NCBI GenBank assembly: GCA_964187785.1
Contig: OZ076409.1
Coordinates: 59,832,001 to 59,896,000 of the forward strand
Direction of reading: 5' to 3'
Length of the DNA: 64,000 bases
DNA from: Amphiscolops sp. MND2022
Taxonomy: Eukaryota
The first letter of the stretch is position 1. The number at the start of each line of letters is the position of its first letter. A program made the translations under genes and the position numbers. The notes under the pieces are model-generated. The model ran no database searches. It worked only from the letters and a program-made list of their open reading frames with translations, and had not been told where the DNA came from. Of this stretch, positions 52,501 through 64,000 are shown piece by piece.

Positions 52501-55137
52501 ACCTTTTTGGGTGCCACGTTTTTCCTATTTTCTCAACAAGTATCACACAGATCGGCACCAAACTTGGTAGTTTATGCCAGTGGGCACCTACAATGCCACT
52601 AAAAAGGTCGAATTGAAGCGCGAGCGCTTATTTGAGGTTTCGACTTCTTATGGACGTTGTACACGAAAAAACACTGTTTTTGACTACTTTTTTCACAATT
52701 TGACCAAGAGGATCACCTCAGGAAGTGACACGGCGGGCCAAAATGGGACCAACGTGTTGCCCCACTGGTCACAGCACTGCCACAAGCCCTCAATTAGCCG
52801 TGCCCGTTAGGTATAAGGCACTGTCGGTCCTACAGTTTTGGCCTTTTTCGACTACTTTGGCACTTTCTGAGGTCAAAATGTCAGATAGCTTTTCTCAACT
52901 TTGGTTACCACTAGGCTCACCAAATTTTCGGCAATAGCGTTTATTTTTATGGTGGTTGCGAAAATGCAACCATTTTGTGGCTAGGGTTCGGGAATCTTTG
53001 ACCCGACCCTAACTATTGGAAAGTCCGGTTTTGTGGAAATTTGGTCAAATTCAATGCGTTTTTCTACTTTTCTCAGCACTGAATAGGAATTTTACATGCG
53101 GTTTTCACCACTATGCGGTATTTTTATTATAAAAACAGAAACTGAGAGCGCGCAGGCTCCCATGTCACGAAAACACTGAGTGCCCCAGAGGTTTTAATGA
53201 TGTACTCTGGCACTCCTGAAACTGGCCAAAAATCAAGGTTTTTCGACCTGTTCTCACCGAAAAAACGTTACAAACTCTCTTAAATCCTATTTTCGGTACT
53301 GTGGAGTGTGCCCCAAACTAATAGCAGCACGGAAGAGGCAATTACATTACAATCTAGCACTCTTCCAGTGGCATTTCATAGTGGTTTTTTGCCAATTTCG
53401 ACAAAAACCGGTTTTTTTCATACAAAACACGTCTCAAAAAGGTTTCCAACGGCCTTTCTGGTACTCGTTACGTTATGTAGCAGCACTCTCGAGGTCTTGA
53501 GCTACTTTACAACCATTTTTGCAACTTCTGTGACTAATACTTTGAGCGCTCGCGCTCGTACCAAGAAAAACACTCAAAAATGCCAAAAACGACGTTTTTT
53601 CTACTTTTGCACCTAAAATCGGACTTTTCTCACTGAAAACAGCTGCAAAAGCACACACTGAGTTGCAGTACGGAAGAACTAACGTGACCAAATGATTCCC
53701 CATCAAAAAATACGCAATCGAAAAATTTTTTCATACCACACTCCAAAATGTCGATTTTTCCGGATTGAGGGGTGGTACCTTCGCCGTCTTTTTTCTCAAC
53801 ATCCAGACCAGCCAGAGAAAAACGATTTGCACCGTCGGCAACGTCAGTGCTTGCTCTACCTTTCCACCAAATCCCATCCTTCTATGAGCTCTGTAGAAGA
53901 AATGAGAGAGGAGAGTCGGGAACACTCGTTTCTGCTCATCTATCGATCGGATGGACTGTGGTTCAACCATCAATTTCACCTCTCGTACATAAGCGCAAAT
54001 CACTGAAAACAGCTAGAAAAACCTGTTACACACCAGTAGCGACGTGCTACTGTCCACTACGCTTCAAAAAAGAGGACCCGCTGATGGGAACCTTGCAATT
54101 TTAGACGATATCTGTCAACAAGCACCTGTTATCAAAACATACCAAAGGTACTCGGAAAAATCCCCCGAAGACTGGAAAAATACCAAAATATAACATCATG
54201 ACATCTAAAAAATTTGGAAAAGCTCTGGGTAAACGTCTCCTTCCAGAGTCCAATCGTTCTTGGCGTCAAACACCAGGGGGCCAGATCTTTTAAAAACCGC
54301 TAGGGAAAGCTTCCCAAGACGATCCCTCTGTGGTCGCCAAAAAATGAGTTTCTATGTAACGATAAGCGCTGGCGCTTGAACCGCAACGTAGAGTGGAGGA
54401 ACTAGAACAGCGAATATAATCTGGGACCTAGATCTCCGCGGCTCTAGCTCATTTTCCCTCCGAAGGAGCCAGTCCCAAGGTGGGGGAACCGTCTTGTAGG
54501 ACGCTCTCTGGCCTGGTCCCAGTCTGTAACTGCTGAGAATAACGGGCATCCGTCTCGGCCCTTTGCCTGGGACCACCGTTTAGACAGCCTTTAAAAACAA
54601 TGCCAAGAATAAACAGTGTAAATTTCCATCTTCCATCTGATATCGGAATAATATCTAAAATGGGGAATAAGATCTAAAATTGCACAAACCAGCGCTGGCG
54701 CTAGTTCAAACGGCTAAATCCAGCAAAAATACATCAAAGCACACATCGGAATGGCAAACCACACAGCTAAAAAGCTGGGGCGCAGGGGCTCCAAGCACCA
54801 AACAAGGACAATTAAGCGAAAAGACTCATTTTACCGGTTTCTGCTACATAGGGTAGCATAATGCTGAAAATCGATAAAACCGGTGTTAGCACCTCAAAAA
54901 GAGTCTATATTCGGATGTTCTTGCCGTCTCTGGCTTCTGTCATGGCGGCGCGCCCGTATTTTTGCTCGTTCTTGCTCTTTGTTGTCGAAGTACCTGCCAA
55001 TTTCGTGGAAACAGCGAAAAGAGCAATCACATGCTCAGTGCCACGTCACACATCGGATTAGAATTTTTGACAAAATTTCTGAACATGTCAAAGTTGCAAA
55101 ATCGGTTGATATTGCTGTACCAGAGCTTGCCGTTACA
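46544..55137 (-). mobile_element. 8.6-kb non-autonomous LTR retroelement (LARD-like) with apparently identical 783-bp LTRs
   Basis: LTRs 46544-47326 and 54355-55137 (TGTAACG...CGTTACA); PBS-like TGGCGACCACAGAGGGAT at 54339-54322 (tRNA-Arg-like); flanks AAC/AAC; no RT, RNase H or integrase motif found. Confidence 0.9.
48450..49862 (-). CDS. 470-aa ORF of unknown function inside the LTR element: coiled coil plus three RRGRPP (AT-hook-like) motifs
   Basis: Longest complete ORF in the track; QDQQLEALEQQMDEISAFLEQ...; GHRRGRPPR, GRRRGRPPR, GHRRGRPPN. Confidence 0.5.
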   Translation of the reverse strand: MLSNSQHAVIARNSLALTLTLNLGTQVVLVMQFGTSKAENKHGKISRRLRSFFKGGRSVRAAQKSVRAALPMDVQPQNESQMVDEHDRSTKLEDLNVKDWPLKDSFKPVSNFLDSMPSNFQNTEPERSIRIPSPSSVSSSKRSLHEASIQFYQKQDQQLEALEQQMDEISAFLEQSTLRREKLLARALAQMQLINAEVQVHLGNADINYSDAVESDPLTPPTKDMGVDPTPLDTTTMCNADTLPEYHAGDNGLRERNLYSSDTKIERISISPSTSLSRDSLSNSHFPGTKSLISTTRLLPSLLKDSFEPHSAKGGLQDFIQVDPPVFINWLPGGSAKTRPTGHRRGRPPRTDYEHSWQKVLLSLYDGRRRGRPPRQVLPWSLRPKGHRRGRPPNNYSRLETDPVSTVFFIGFPDASCLLHVLLLLDGDVYPVQTTLHFFSKGEEVSSTLNLSFCIFMSGIQFCPFLTILM

Positions 55138-57299
55138 AACATTCGAACAAACAGTTTTTAAGGGAAGGTCATCGGAACTACAAAACTAGAAGACGTATCT
55201 CAAGGGAATCTTGTTTATGAACTTTAGCTTTTGAAGATGAAAGACAAGCGCGATAAAATTCTCTATTGATAATCCATTTTTAAGAAGCAAAAGTATTGAG
55301 AGAAAAATTAAAAGTAGGGTGGCGTTTAGGGAGAACAAAGAAAGTGGGAAGTAAGAAACGAACCTCAAGACAATCCAGAAAATCGTTTTTTGATTTTATA
55401 AATTTTATTCAACAGAAGCTTATCTTCAAAGTGCAGCTACCTTAAAAAGTTGCCTTTTGAATGTTGTCTTTCATCTGCAGAACAAGTTAAGAGGAACATA
55501 AATATGTTCTTTTTTATCATGAAAAAACCTAAAATTTGCAGAGAAATTGCAGCCTCTCAAGCCTTAAAGTGTCTTTGGGGAGAAAATGCTTTCATCAAAG
55601 ATACATACCAACAACTAGTGTTTAGTCATATGTAAGCTGTTTTTCTTGTGAAATGAGAATTGAAGAATTTTAGCTTCACTAGTGAATGATTTAAAAACTG
55701 AATGATAGCATCTTTCATTGAACTGATTGAACTGACTGACAAGTTGATGAAAACATTTTATGGGTTTGCAAACATTTCACGAAAGTTCTCCGAAGTCATG
55801 AGCCCTTTTTTGTTGAACATTTACGCAAATTAAGTCCTGAAGAAAACAGAAGCTTTCAAAAACATTTGTTCTTGTTCTGCCGACAATCATGAAAAGAAAA
55901 AATTTTAATTGGAAATCATGAAACAAAAAGCTTCTTCGCTGCTGCAGCTCTAAATTATAAGAAAAAAAGTGAAGCAAAACACCTAGCTGTCACTCAATTG
56001 TTAAGGACATATTATATATTATAGTCTTAGATAGACGTATATTATCGTCTTAGCAATGGAATTACTTACCCAGTTTTTCGGGACAACATGCCAAAAGTAA
56101 GAAATTGAATGTAGGTGCCTAGAAAGGTTTTGTCACGGGAGGCAGAAATTTGGTCGTCAAAAATTTTATTATAGGAATTTTCGTCGTATTAATTAAAGTT
56201 AACAGCGTTCACGAAAAGATATCATTTGAATTATTCCATTATTTAATTATCAGAACGAGGTCTTAAAAACAAGTTTCATTTTGACACCAAAATTGAATCA
56301 AAAAGTTAATTGCATTCAATAAACTCATCGAGATGCTTATTGAGAAATGGTATCTTTTCAGTCCTGAACTATTTTACTGGCGTGCGTTCATTTCACCCCA
56401 TGATCATTTCACCCCAGTGAAAAAGTGGAACACGAAAAATCTTTTAAATTTTGGCGGAGATTAGCATTGAAATTTTTTACTATACAATTTAAGCTTGTTC
56501 CAGGGGTGTGACTTTTTGCTTTTTTTGTTTTTATAATATATGCTTATATGACGAACATACCGTAAATCAACAATTTGCTTTTCAAAATCCGGGGCTTATA
56601 CGCCCGAATATACGGTACTTGAATTTGTCCGAGTCGAAAGTCCATTATTTAAATACGATTCATATAAATACGATTTGTTCAAATGTCTATACTTCCTGAA
56701 TACTATACAAGAAAACCGAATAATGTTGAAGGTAGTAGGATGCAAACAATCTATTCTATTCGAACTTAAAAACGACAAGTATATCTCCTGGAAAACATTT
56801 GTGTAGTTACGTTGTATTAAAAAATTTGTTAGTAAACAACTGTCTATCATCTGTCCGAGGGGATCTGTTAACAATGACCCCTAGAAGTAGGAGATGAGAC
56901 AGATTGTATCGACAGTTCAGTCGAAAAGTTGAAAAGTTTGGCCTTTGCTTCAATTTGAACCCATTGTCTAATGCTACGGAGACAATCGAATTACCAATTG
57001 AACAAATCTGCAATAACCAGAACTGGAATGGGATCCGTCAAAATCTTCAGAACTTTCCTAAAAAAACTGCTGATTATTGTTGGAGAAATGTTTTGTTGAA
57101 AGAAGTAGTCTAAAATCTCTAAAATCCCTGTGAACAAAAAAATAAGTGGTTTTTACTGTGCAGAAATTAATATGTCGTTGTCCGATTACCTATGTGTCCA
57201 CCGTCAATTTATTATGATGCAAACCAATCACACCAAATTCGTGCGATTAAATTTTTGTTTCTTCTTTGAAATGGTTCATTACTGCGTCAAACGTCACTA

Positions 57300-58145
57300 C
57301 CCTAGTTGAAAAAAAATACAAATGTTGCAAGAATCTTGCAAGATGTTTGCAAGATCTTGCCAGACAATGCATTTTTCTGGCAGGTATCTTGCAAGATTCT
57401 TGCAAGATGAAACTTGAGCTTGCGAGATTCTTGCAAGACAAACATTTCTCTTGCAAGATTCTTGCAAGATATGCAATTTTTAGATTGTTGTGTTCAAAAT
57501 GATCCAAAAAGTCCTCGTATCATGCTTCAGCCTCGTTACCTTTGAAGTTCTAGTTTGACAGAAAGACAACCATATGTTAATTTTTTCGAATAGTTCGTGG
57601 TTACTTTTGCGAAATTTTGGTGCCGGTGACTTGAAATTTTCACTTAAGTCCGAGTTTTGTCAGTTACGTTTTTTTTTCGTTTTTTAGTGCACCGATAAAA
57701 AGACCGGTGAAAAACTAGTCACTTCAAGAGCCGTGCTTTTCCTTGGAAAGGTCGACTGTATTAAAACTTAGTAACTGTAACTTCGGGGTTCCTTTGCTCC
57801 TAAAGCGCCATTTATCTAAGAAAGGAAACTTTCACCTGTGATTGCGCCTGTTTTTGTCTCTCTCTGGAAGCAAAAATGGACAAGAAACTCTCTGGTGCCC
57901 GTGTTGGCCATTTTCAGTGAATTTTTCGACAAAAACAGTTTGCTCTTGGTTTGATGTATTTCTTGCAAGAATCTGACAAAAATTATTTCTTACAAGAATC
58001 TTGCAAGATTCTTGCAAGAACTATTTTTTTTCTGTCAGGTACTTGCAATAAATGTATTTTTTGCCAGAATCTTGCAAGATTTGTATTTTTTGTCGAGATC
58101 TTGCAAGAATCTTGCAAGAAGTATATGTATTATTTTCAACCAGGG
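57300..58145. mobile_element. MITE with CCCT(A/G)GTTGAAAA TIRs, TA flanks and palindromic CTTGCAAG subterminal arrays
   Basis: ta|ccctagttgaaaaaaaataca ... ttttcaaccaggg|ta; tcttgcaaga repeated in both arms. Confidence 0.8.
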
Positions 58146-60568
58146 TAAATTAGATTCGAGTTTGTATTTGACGGAGTTTCTGAGTCTGTGGAATCGGCTA
58201 ACATATGCTGCGCATTTGAACAATTTGCAGAAGGAAATGTCATTACTCGAGAAATTAGCCAATAGAAATACAACAATTATTTTTTTAGTGGCAAACGCTT
58301 GTTTTGTTGTTTCAGATTGTTTGAGGTGTTGATCCGTGTAGTTTCTGAGCTGACTGCTCCAGTGTACATGCAATAGCCTTTTTTACAGGTTAACACCAAA
58401 ATGAAATCGACAAAAAGATTTGTGGACAACTTTGTTTCATCGATCTGAAAAAAGACTTCGATTCTTTCAACCCTTTAGTTTTTTTTATTCAAAACTGATC
58501 TCTTATGGGTTCAGATGCCCGTTTCACAACATTATAAAAAGTTATCTGGAAGATAAATGCGTCAATGAATGGGGTTCGAGATTTTTATATATGATCTAAA
58601 TCCACTCAAGAGAGCAGTACAATCTTTTCAGTCCTGAATGCTGGTCATTCGATCAGAAAATCTTGGAGAAACAATTTTAAGAAGGAAAATAGAGATACTG
58701 AATTACTTGAAATGTTTTCAGAGCGTTATAAAAACTGCCTGAACGCCAAAAAATGTCCATCAACATACTTCTTGCAAGAAAAACCTAAAACTGTCATGAT
58801 TCAGTTTAGTCCTTCGTCGTCGAACGCAAAAGGTCATTGGTCAAAACAATCGGCACCTAATCAAGCGTTTTTCCTTCCTTTACTGTTGGTTTCACTTTTG
58901 ATTTACTCGTTTTTGGCGACTTTGTTAAAAACCGAAAAATGAAGAACTCCCTTGTTCGTTTGAAAATGGTAAGAATATGAAATTAGTTGCCCAAAAACAA
59001 AATAGTACCTTTATCACCCAGTGAGTTTGATTTTAAGCAGGTAAACCACAGTCAGAATGAAACGTTGGCTCCAAAGACGTTGTCAGTTTTATTACCTGTT
59101 ATAGCATGAACTTGTGAGTGAATTCAATTAAACTCTTTTTTTTAAAAACTGTTTTTTACTGTTTATGGTTTGCATGCTGTTCAAACGACTTCCCAAATGT
59201 TATTTCGGGGTTTGACGACACTTTGCTGTTATTAAAATCTGAACATGTCCGTCTGTTTTGCGCCGTTAGGTAAGCGGAATTTTATGATAATTTTCGTTCG
59301 TGGCATCCCTCGGTGTGAAAAACGGCATTTCCCAAAAAACGTCCCGCAAACGAAGTTAAGTACTATGGAGTTTATCGTAGGAAGTATTGGTTCGATTTTG
59401 TATGATATTAATTAACAATGCGTTCGAAACTATTTTTGACAATTTTTTTTCGAAAAAATTGACATAACCACACAATCAGTTTCAGAAAGAATGTTCGTTT
59501 CTCTTTCCTTCAATTTCAAAACACCTGATATTTTGTTATTGAAGCTCCAGTACATTTTTATTTTCCGTCCATATTTAATATGGAAAAGGAAAATATTTAT
59601 ATCAAACGGGTTTCTTTTTATTTCTGCGATAGCAGGAATATTACTGAAACCTCAAGGTGCCAAGCTTTCTTCAGTAAAATTCTCGTCGCGATACTGGAAA
59701 ATTTACCTTTTTTGTTCGCCATTGACTACAAGCCTGAAAATTAGATTTCTCAAGCTACCGACGACTATTGATTTCTCGTGCGATGGAACGAATGAGTGGT
59801 AATTATGATTCGTATGCTGACGTCATTGAGATGAGGCGATCGACTGTTCGTGCTTATGTTTTCGTACGCCAAACAATTGAGATGAAGCGAATGAGTGTTA
59901 ATTGTTCGTTAGCCGAGAGCTTCGCCTGCATTCAAATGCGAATGCCAAACTTCATCTACGCTTAGTATAGTTGTATTTGCTTTAGTCCGAGAAAAATTAA
60001 AGGCGGAGTAAACTGGTAGAGTGATTAATTATGCGCTGAATAATGATTAAACAGGAGTGTATTGGTATTGCAGATATGATTCCATTATTAATGAAAGATT
60101 GCAGCAGAAATTCTTGTGTGCCCCAGAGGGGCTTATTTTTACAAAATTTGCCAACTTGGAGGACCAAGTTTATATCCAAGCAAGCTAAAGTGTATCACCC
60201 GTAGAATTCAACTGACGTAAAATTATTATCATACGGTATGTATCTGTAGAGATTTTCGGACTTTTTGGTTGACCCCAAAACCCCAAAATGACCCCAAAAA
60301 TAGTGAAAACTAAAAAATTGTCCGATTTTTACCTTTTTGAACATTTTCTGTCAAACTTTTGATCGATTTCGTAGTTGAGAATGTTGAAAACATTCAACAA
60401 GAACAATGTCGTTATCCAAAACGCCTTTTAAGAAGAAAGAAATGCATTTTTTTAACAAAAAATGACTCAAATTGAGACCGAAACTGAAAAAAACTTAGAA
60501 AAGTGAAGATTTTAAACAGGGAAAGGTTTCGTTGTCCGCGAAACTTCTTCTAAAAGATAAACGCCTTT

Positions 60569-63500
60569 TTTAAAAAAAATTCGTCAAATTCAGACCGAAA
60601 TTGACAAAAACTACAAAAATATTCAGATTTTCAAAGCTTCTTTGTACTTTTCGACAGGTTTTTTGAAAGACTTGATTGCTGAGTATGTTGAAAACGTTCA
60701 ACAGGGAAAGTATTATCCGGAAGGTTTTTGTTAAGAAGTATGCGCAGGTTTTTAATGAATAAAAAAAGCTCCAACTTGCAATCAAAATGGAAAAACTTCG
60801 AAATGAACCAAGTTTTCACGTTTTCATGCACTTTTTGTCAATTTTTTTAAAGATTTCATGAATCAGAACGTTGAAAACGTTAAACCACGAATGAGCGCGT
60901 TGTCCATTGGGGTTTTTGAGGAGATAAATGCAGTTTTGTAGTACAAAATTGCCCAAATAACCGCAAAACAGTCAAAACGTTCTACATTTTTTAATCACTT
61001 TTGTTTCTTCCACGCAATTTTTCATAAAATTTCCAACGTTTTCATAGATTAGAACTTTGCAACCGTTCTACAGCAATTGAATTCGTTGTCCAGTAGGCTT
61101 TTTGAAATAAATGCCGGCATCTGATATAAATGTGCCTAATTTGACACAAAAATTGTCGAGAAGTCCAAAAATTTCCAGTTTATGTAGCTTCTCAAAGAAG
61201 AATGTTCAGAACAATCGCTGTAAACGCATCAAGTATGTAATTATTTTTTTGGTGACAAAAATACAGTGTTTTACATAAGGAAAACTGGAAAGCGACACAA
61301 TTCCTTTTATTGACAATTTTAGTTATTGTTTTTCTAAATGTTTGTGAAATAGATGTTTCCAAGGCTTCAGATGATTTATTAGGCTATGCAGTACGCCTTT
61401 TGAAGAAAAATTTTGTAGCTATTAAGGTAAAACGCTGTCTCAGAATGTCCCATGTGAGTCGAAAACCCAAAACTTTTTCGAAAAACGAATTTCATTGGAA
61501 CTTCGTTTAGTCGAAGAATGAAAACTTTCACCAGCAAACAATCGCAAACTAGAGTAGGTTTTTTGAAACGCAAATGCAGTTTTATGTTCAAAAACAGCCT
61601 CAAAATTACCCCAAAATAACCAAAAAGTCAAAAGTTTTCAAAATTGTTGATGTTTTTATCCCTTTTTCGAAAATTTGAAAATTTTCGTGATTTAGAACTT
61701 TGAAACATTGAATATATTGTCCAGTGAAATTTCAAAAAATTAATGAAAAGTATCATAGGAAATATGCCTCAAATTCAACCCAAACTATCAAAAGTTGTTT
61801 CGGCAGTTGATTGACAAATTAGTGTACTTTTAGGAAGTTTTACCAAAATCTGAAATGTTAAACTCCATTTTTGATAGGCATGCAGAATGTTTAAAAAACA
61901 TAGAATTTTTTATATGAAACGTTAGTCAGATCGACTTGAAATCAGTGAAAAATCCAATAAGCGTTTTAAAAAACACATCTACATTTTCTAGGAAAAAATC
62001 CTCAAATGACCGCAAACTGTAAAATTTTCCAAGTTTTGACGTTTTTTGGCGAGTTCGCGCAAATTTATAAAAAATATTGGTTGGTTAGGTTTTGGTATCC
62101 ACACAAGCCGACCAAAATCAAATAGTGTGTTTAGTCATTTCTTGAAGTGTTTCCTACTGAAATGGGATGGGTTTCCTTAGTGCAATGGCGTCTCTTGAGC
62201 TTGAAAAATATGTCATTGCTAGAACATTTTGGAAAATATCCTGCTGGTCAGCGCGCGTCTTTTAAAAAAAAGTTCCTCAAATTCAGACCGAAATTGACAA
62301 AAACTACAAAAATATTCAGATTTTCAAAGCTTCTTTGTACTTTTTGACACGTTTTTTGAAAGACTTGATTGCTTAGTATGTTTAAAACGTTCAACAGGGA
62401 AAGCATTATCCGGAAGGTTTTTGTTAAGAAGTATGCGCAGGTTTTTAATGAATAAAAAAATCTTCAACTTGCAATCAAAAATGGAAAAACTTCGAAATGA
62501 ACTAAGTTTTCACGTTTTCATGCCGTTTTTGTCTATTTTTTAAAGATTTCATAGATCAGAACGTTGAAAACGTTAAACCACGAATGAGCGCGTTGTCCAA
62601 TAGGGTTTTTGAGGAGATAAATGCAGTTTTGTACTACAAAATTGCCCAAATGACCGCAAAACAGTCAGAACGTTCTACATTTTCTAATCACTTTTGTTTC
62701 TTCCACGCAATTTTTCATAAAATTTCCAACGTTTTCATAGATTAGAACTTTGCAACCGTTCTACAGCAATTGAATTCGTTGTCCAGTAGGCTTTTTGAAA
62801 TAAATGCCGGCATCTGATATAAATGTGCCTAATTTGACACAAAAATTGTCGAGAAGTCCAAAAATTTCCAGTTCATGTAGCTTCTCAAAGAAGAAGGTTC
62901 AGAACAATCGCTGTAAACGCATCAAGTATGTAATTACTTTTTTGGTGACAAAATTACAGTGTTTTACAAAAGGAAAACTGGAAAGCGACACAATTCCTTT
63001 TATGGACAATTTTAGTTATTGTTTTTCTAAATGTTTGTAAAATAGATGTTCCCAAGGCTCCAGATGATTTATTAGGCTATGCAGTACGCCTTTTGAAGAA
63101 AAATTTTGTAGCTATTAAGGTAGAACGCTGTCTCAGAATGTCCCATAAGAGTCGAAAACCCAAAACTTTTTCGAAAAACGAATTTCATTGGAACTTCGTT
63201 TAGTCGAAGAATGAAAACTTTCACCAGCAAACAATCGCAAACTAGAGTAGGTTTTTTGAAACGCAAATGCAGTTTTATGTTCAAAAACAGCCTCAAAATT
63301 ACCCCAAAATAACCAAAAAGTCAAAAGTTTTCAAAATTGTTGATGTTTTTATCCCTTTTTCGAAAATTTGAAAATTTTCGTGATTTAGAACTTTGAAACA
63401 TTGAATATATTGTCCAGTGAAATTTCAAAAAATTAATGAAAAGTATCATAGGAAATATGCCTCAAATTCAACCCAAACTATCAAAAGTTGTTTCGGCAGT

Positions 63501-63954
63501 TGTTTGACAAATTAGTGTACTTTTAAGAAATTTTACCAAAATTTGAAATGTTAAACTCCATTTTTGATAGGCATGCAGAATGTTTAAAAAACATAGAATT
63601 TTTTATATGAAAAGTTAGTCAGATCGACTTGATATCAGTGAAAAATCCAATAAGCGTTTTAAAAAACACATCTACATTTTCTAGAAAAAAATCCTCAAAT
63701 GACCGCAAACTGTAAAATTTTCCAATTTTTGACGTTTTTTGGCGAGTTCGCGCAAACTTATAAAAATATTGATTGGTTAGGCTTTGGTATCCACACAAGC
63801 CGACCAAAATCAAATAGTGTGTTTAGTCATTTCTTGAAGTGTTTCCTACTGAAATGGGATGGGTTTCCCTAGTGCAATGGCGACTCTTGAGCTTGAAAAA
63901 TATGTCATTGCTAGAACATTTTGGAATATATCCTGCTGGTCAGCTCGCGTCTTG
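60569..63954. repeat. Two tandem copies of a 1.69-kb non-coding unit
   Basis: ORFs 61379/63072 and 61440/63133 are offset by 1,693 bp; high but imperfect identity; units end in cctgctggtcagc.cgcgtctt. Confidence 0.9.
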
Positions 63955-64000
63955 TTTTTTTTCAGATGAAAAAAGTTCAAGATTCCGGAAAGGAAAGAAA

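Noticed and set aside
56380..57113. Possible MULE transposase relic (RKPNNVEG) with CATTTCACCCC repeats
   Set aside because: One weak motif, no matching second end and no extended reading frame.

Overview
AT-rich, repeat-dense genomic DNA from an invertebrate animal; the species cannot be fixed from the sequence. One host gene is visible, on the minus strand: a titin/kettin/obscurin-like giant protein of tandem I-set immunoglobulin domains. Eight small exons (about 25.2 kb down to 10.0 kb) join in consistent phase into one giant exon of at least 9,579 bp. That exon encodes about 32 Ig domains and runs off the left edge, so the ORF track missed it. The introns and the rest of the window are mobile DNA: a 3.6-kb Tc1/mariner element with DD46D spacing; a decayed full-length Gypsy element (200-bp LTRs, CTTTT TSD); a near-perfect 6,389-bp tandem duplication that copies part of the Gypsy and one frame-shifting host exon; an 8.6-kb LTR element with apparently identical 783-bp LTRs and no gag/pol; a solo LTR with similar termini; MITEs that share a core but differ in their arms; a decayed virus-like multi-ORF block; and a 1.69-kb tandem repeat. 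The most unusual signals are the 3-bp target duplications around both TGTAACG...CGTTACA LTR-type insertions, the pol-less LTR element carrying an AT-hook-like ORF, and the conserved-core MITEs. All alignments and counts were done by eye; no database search was run.
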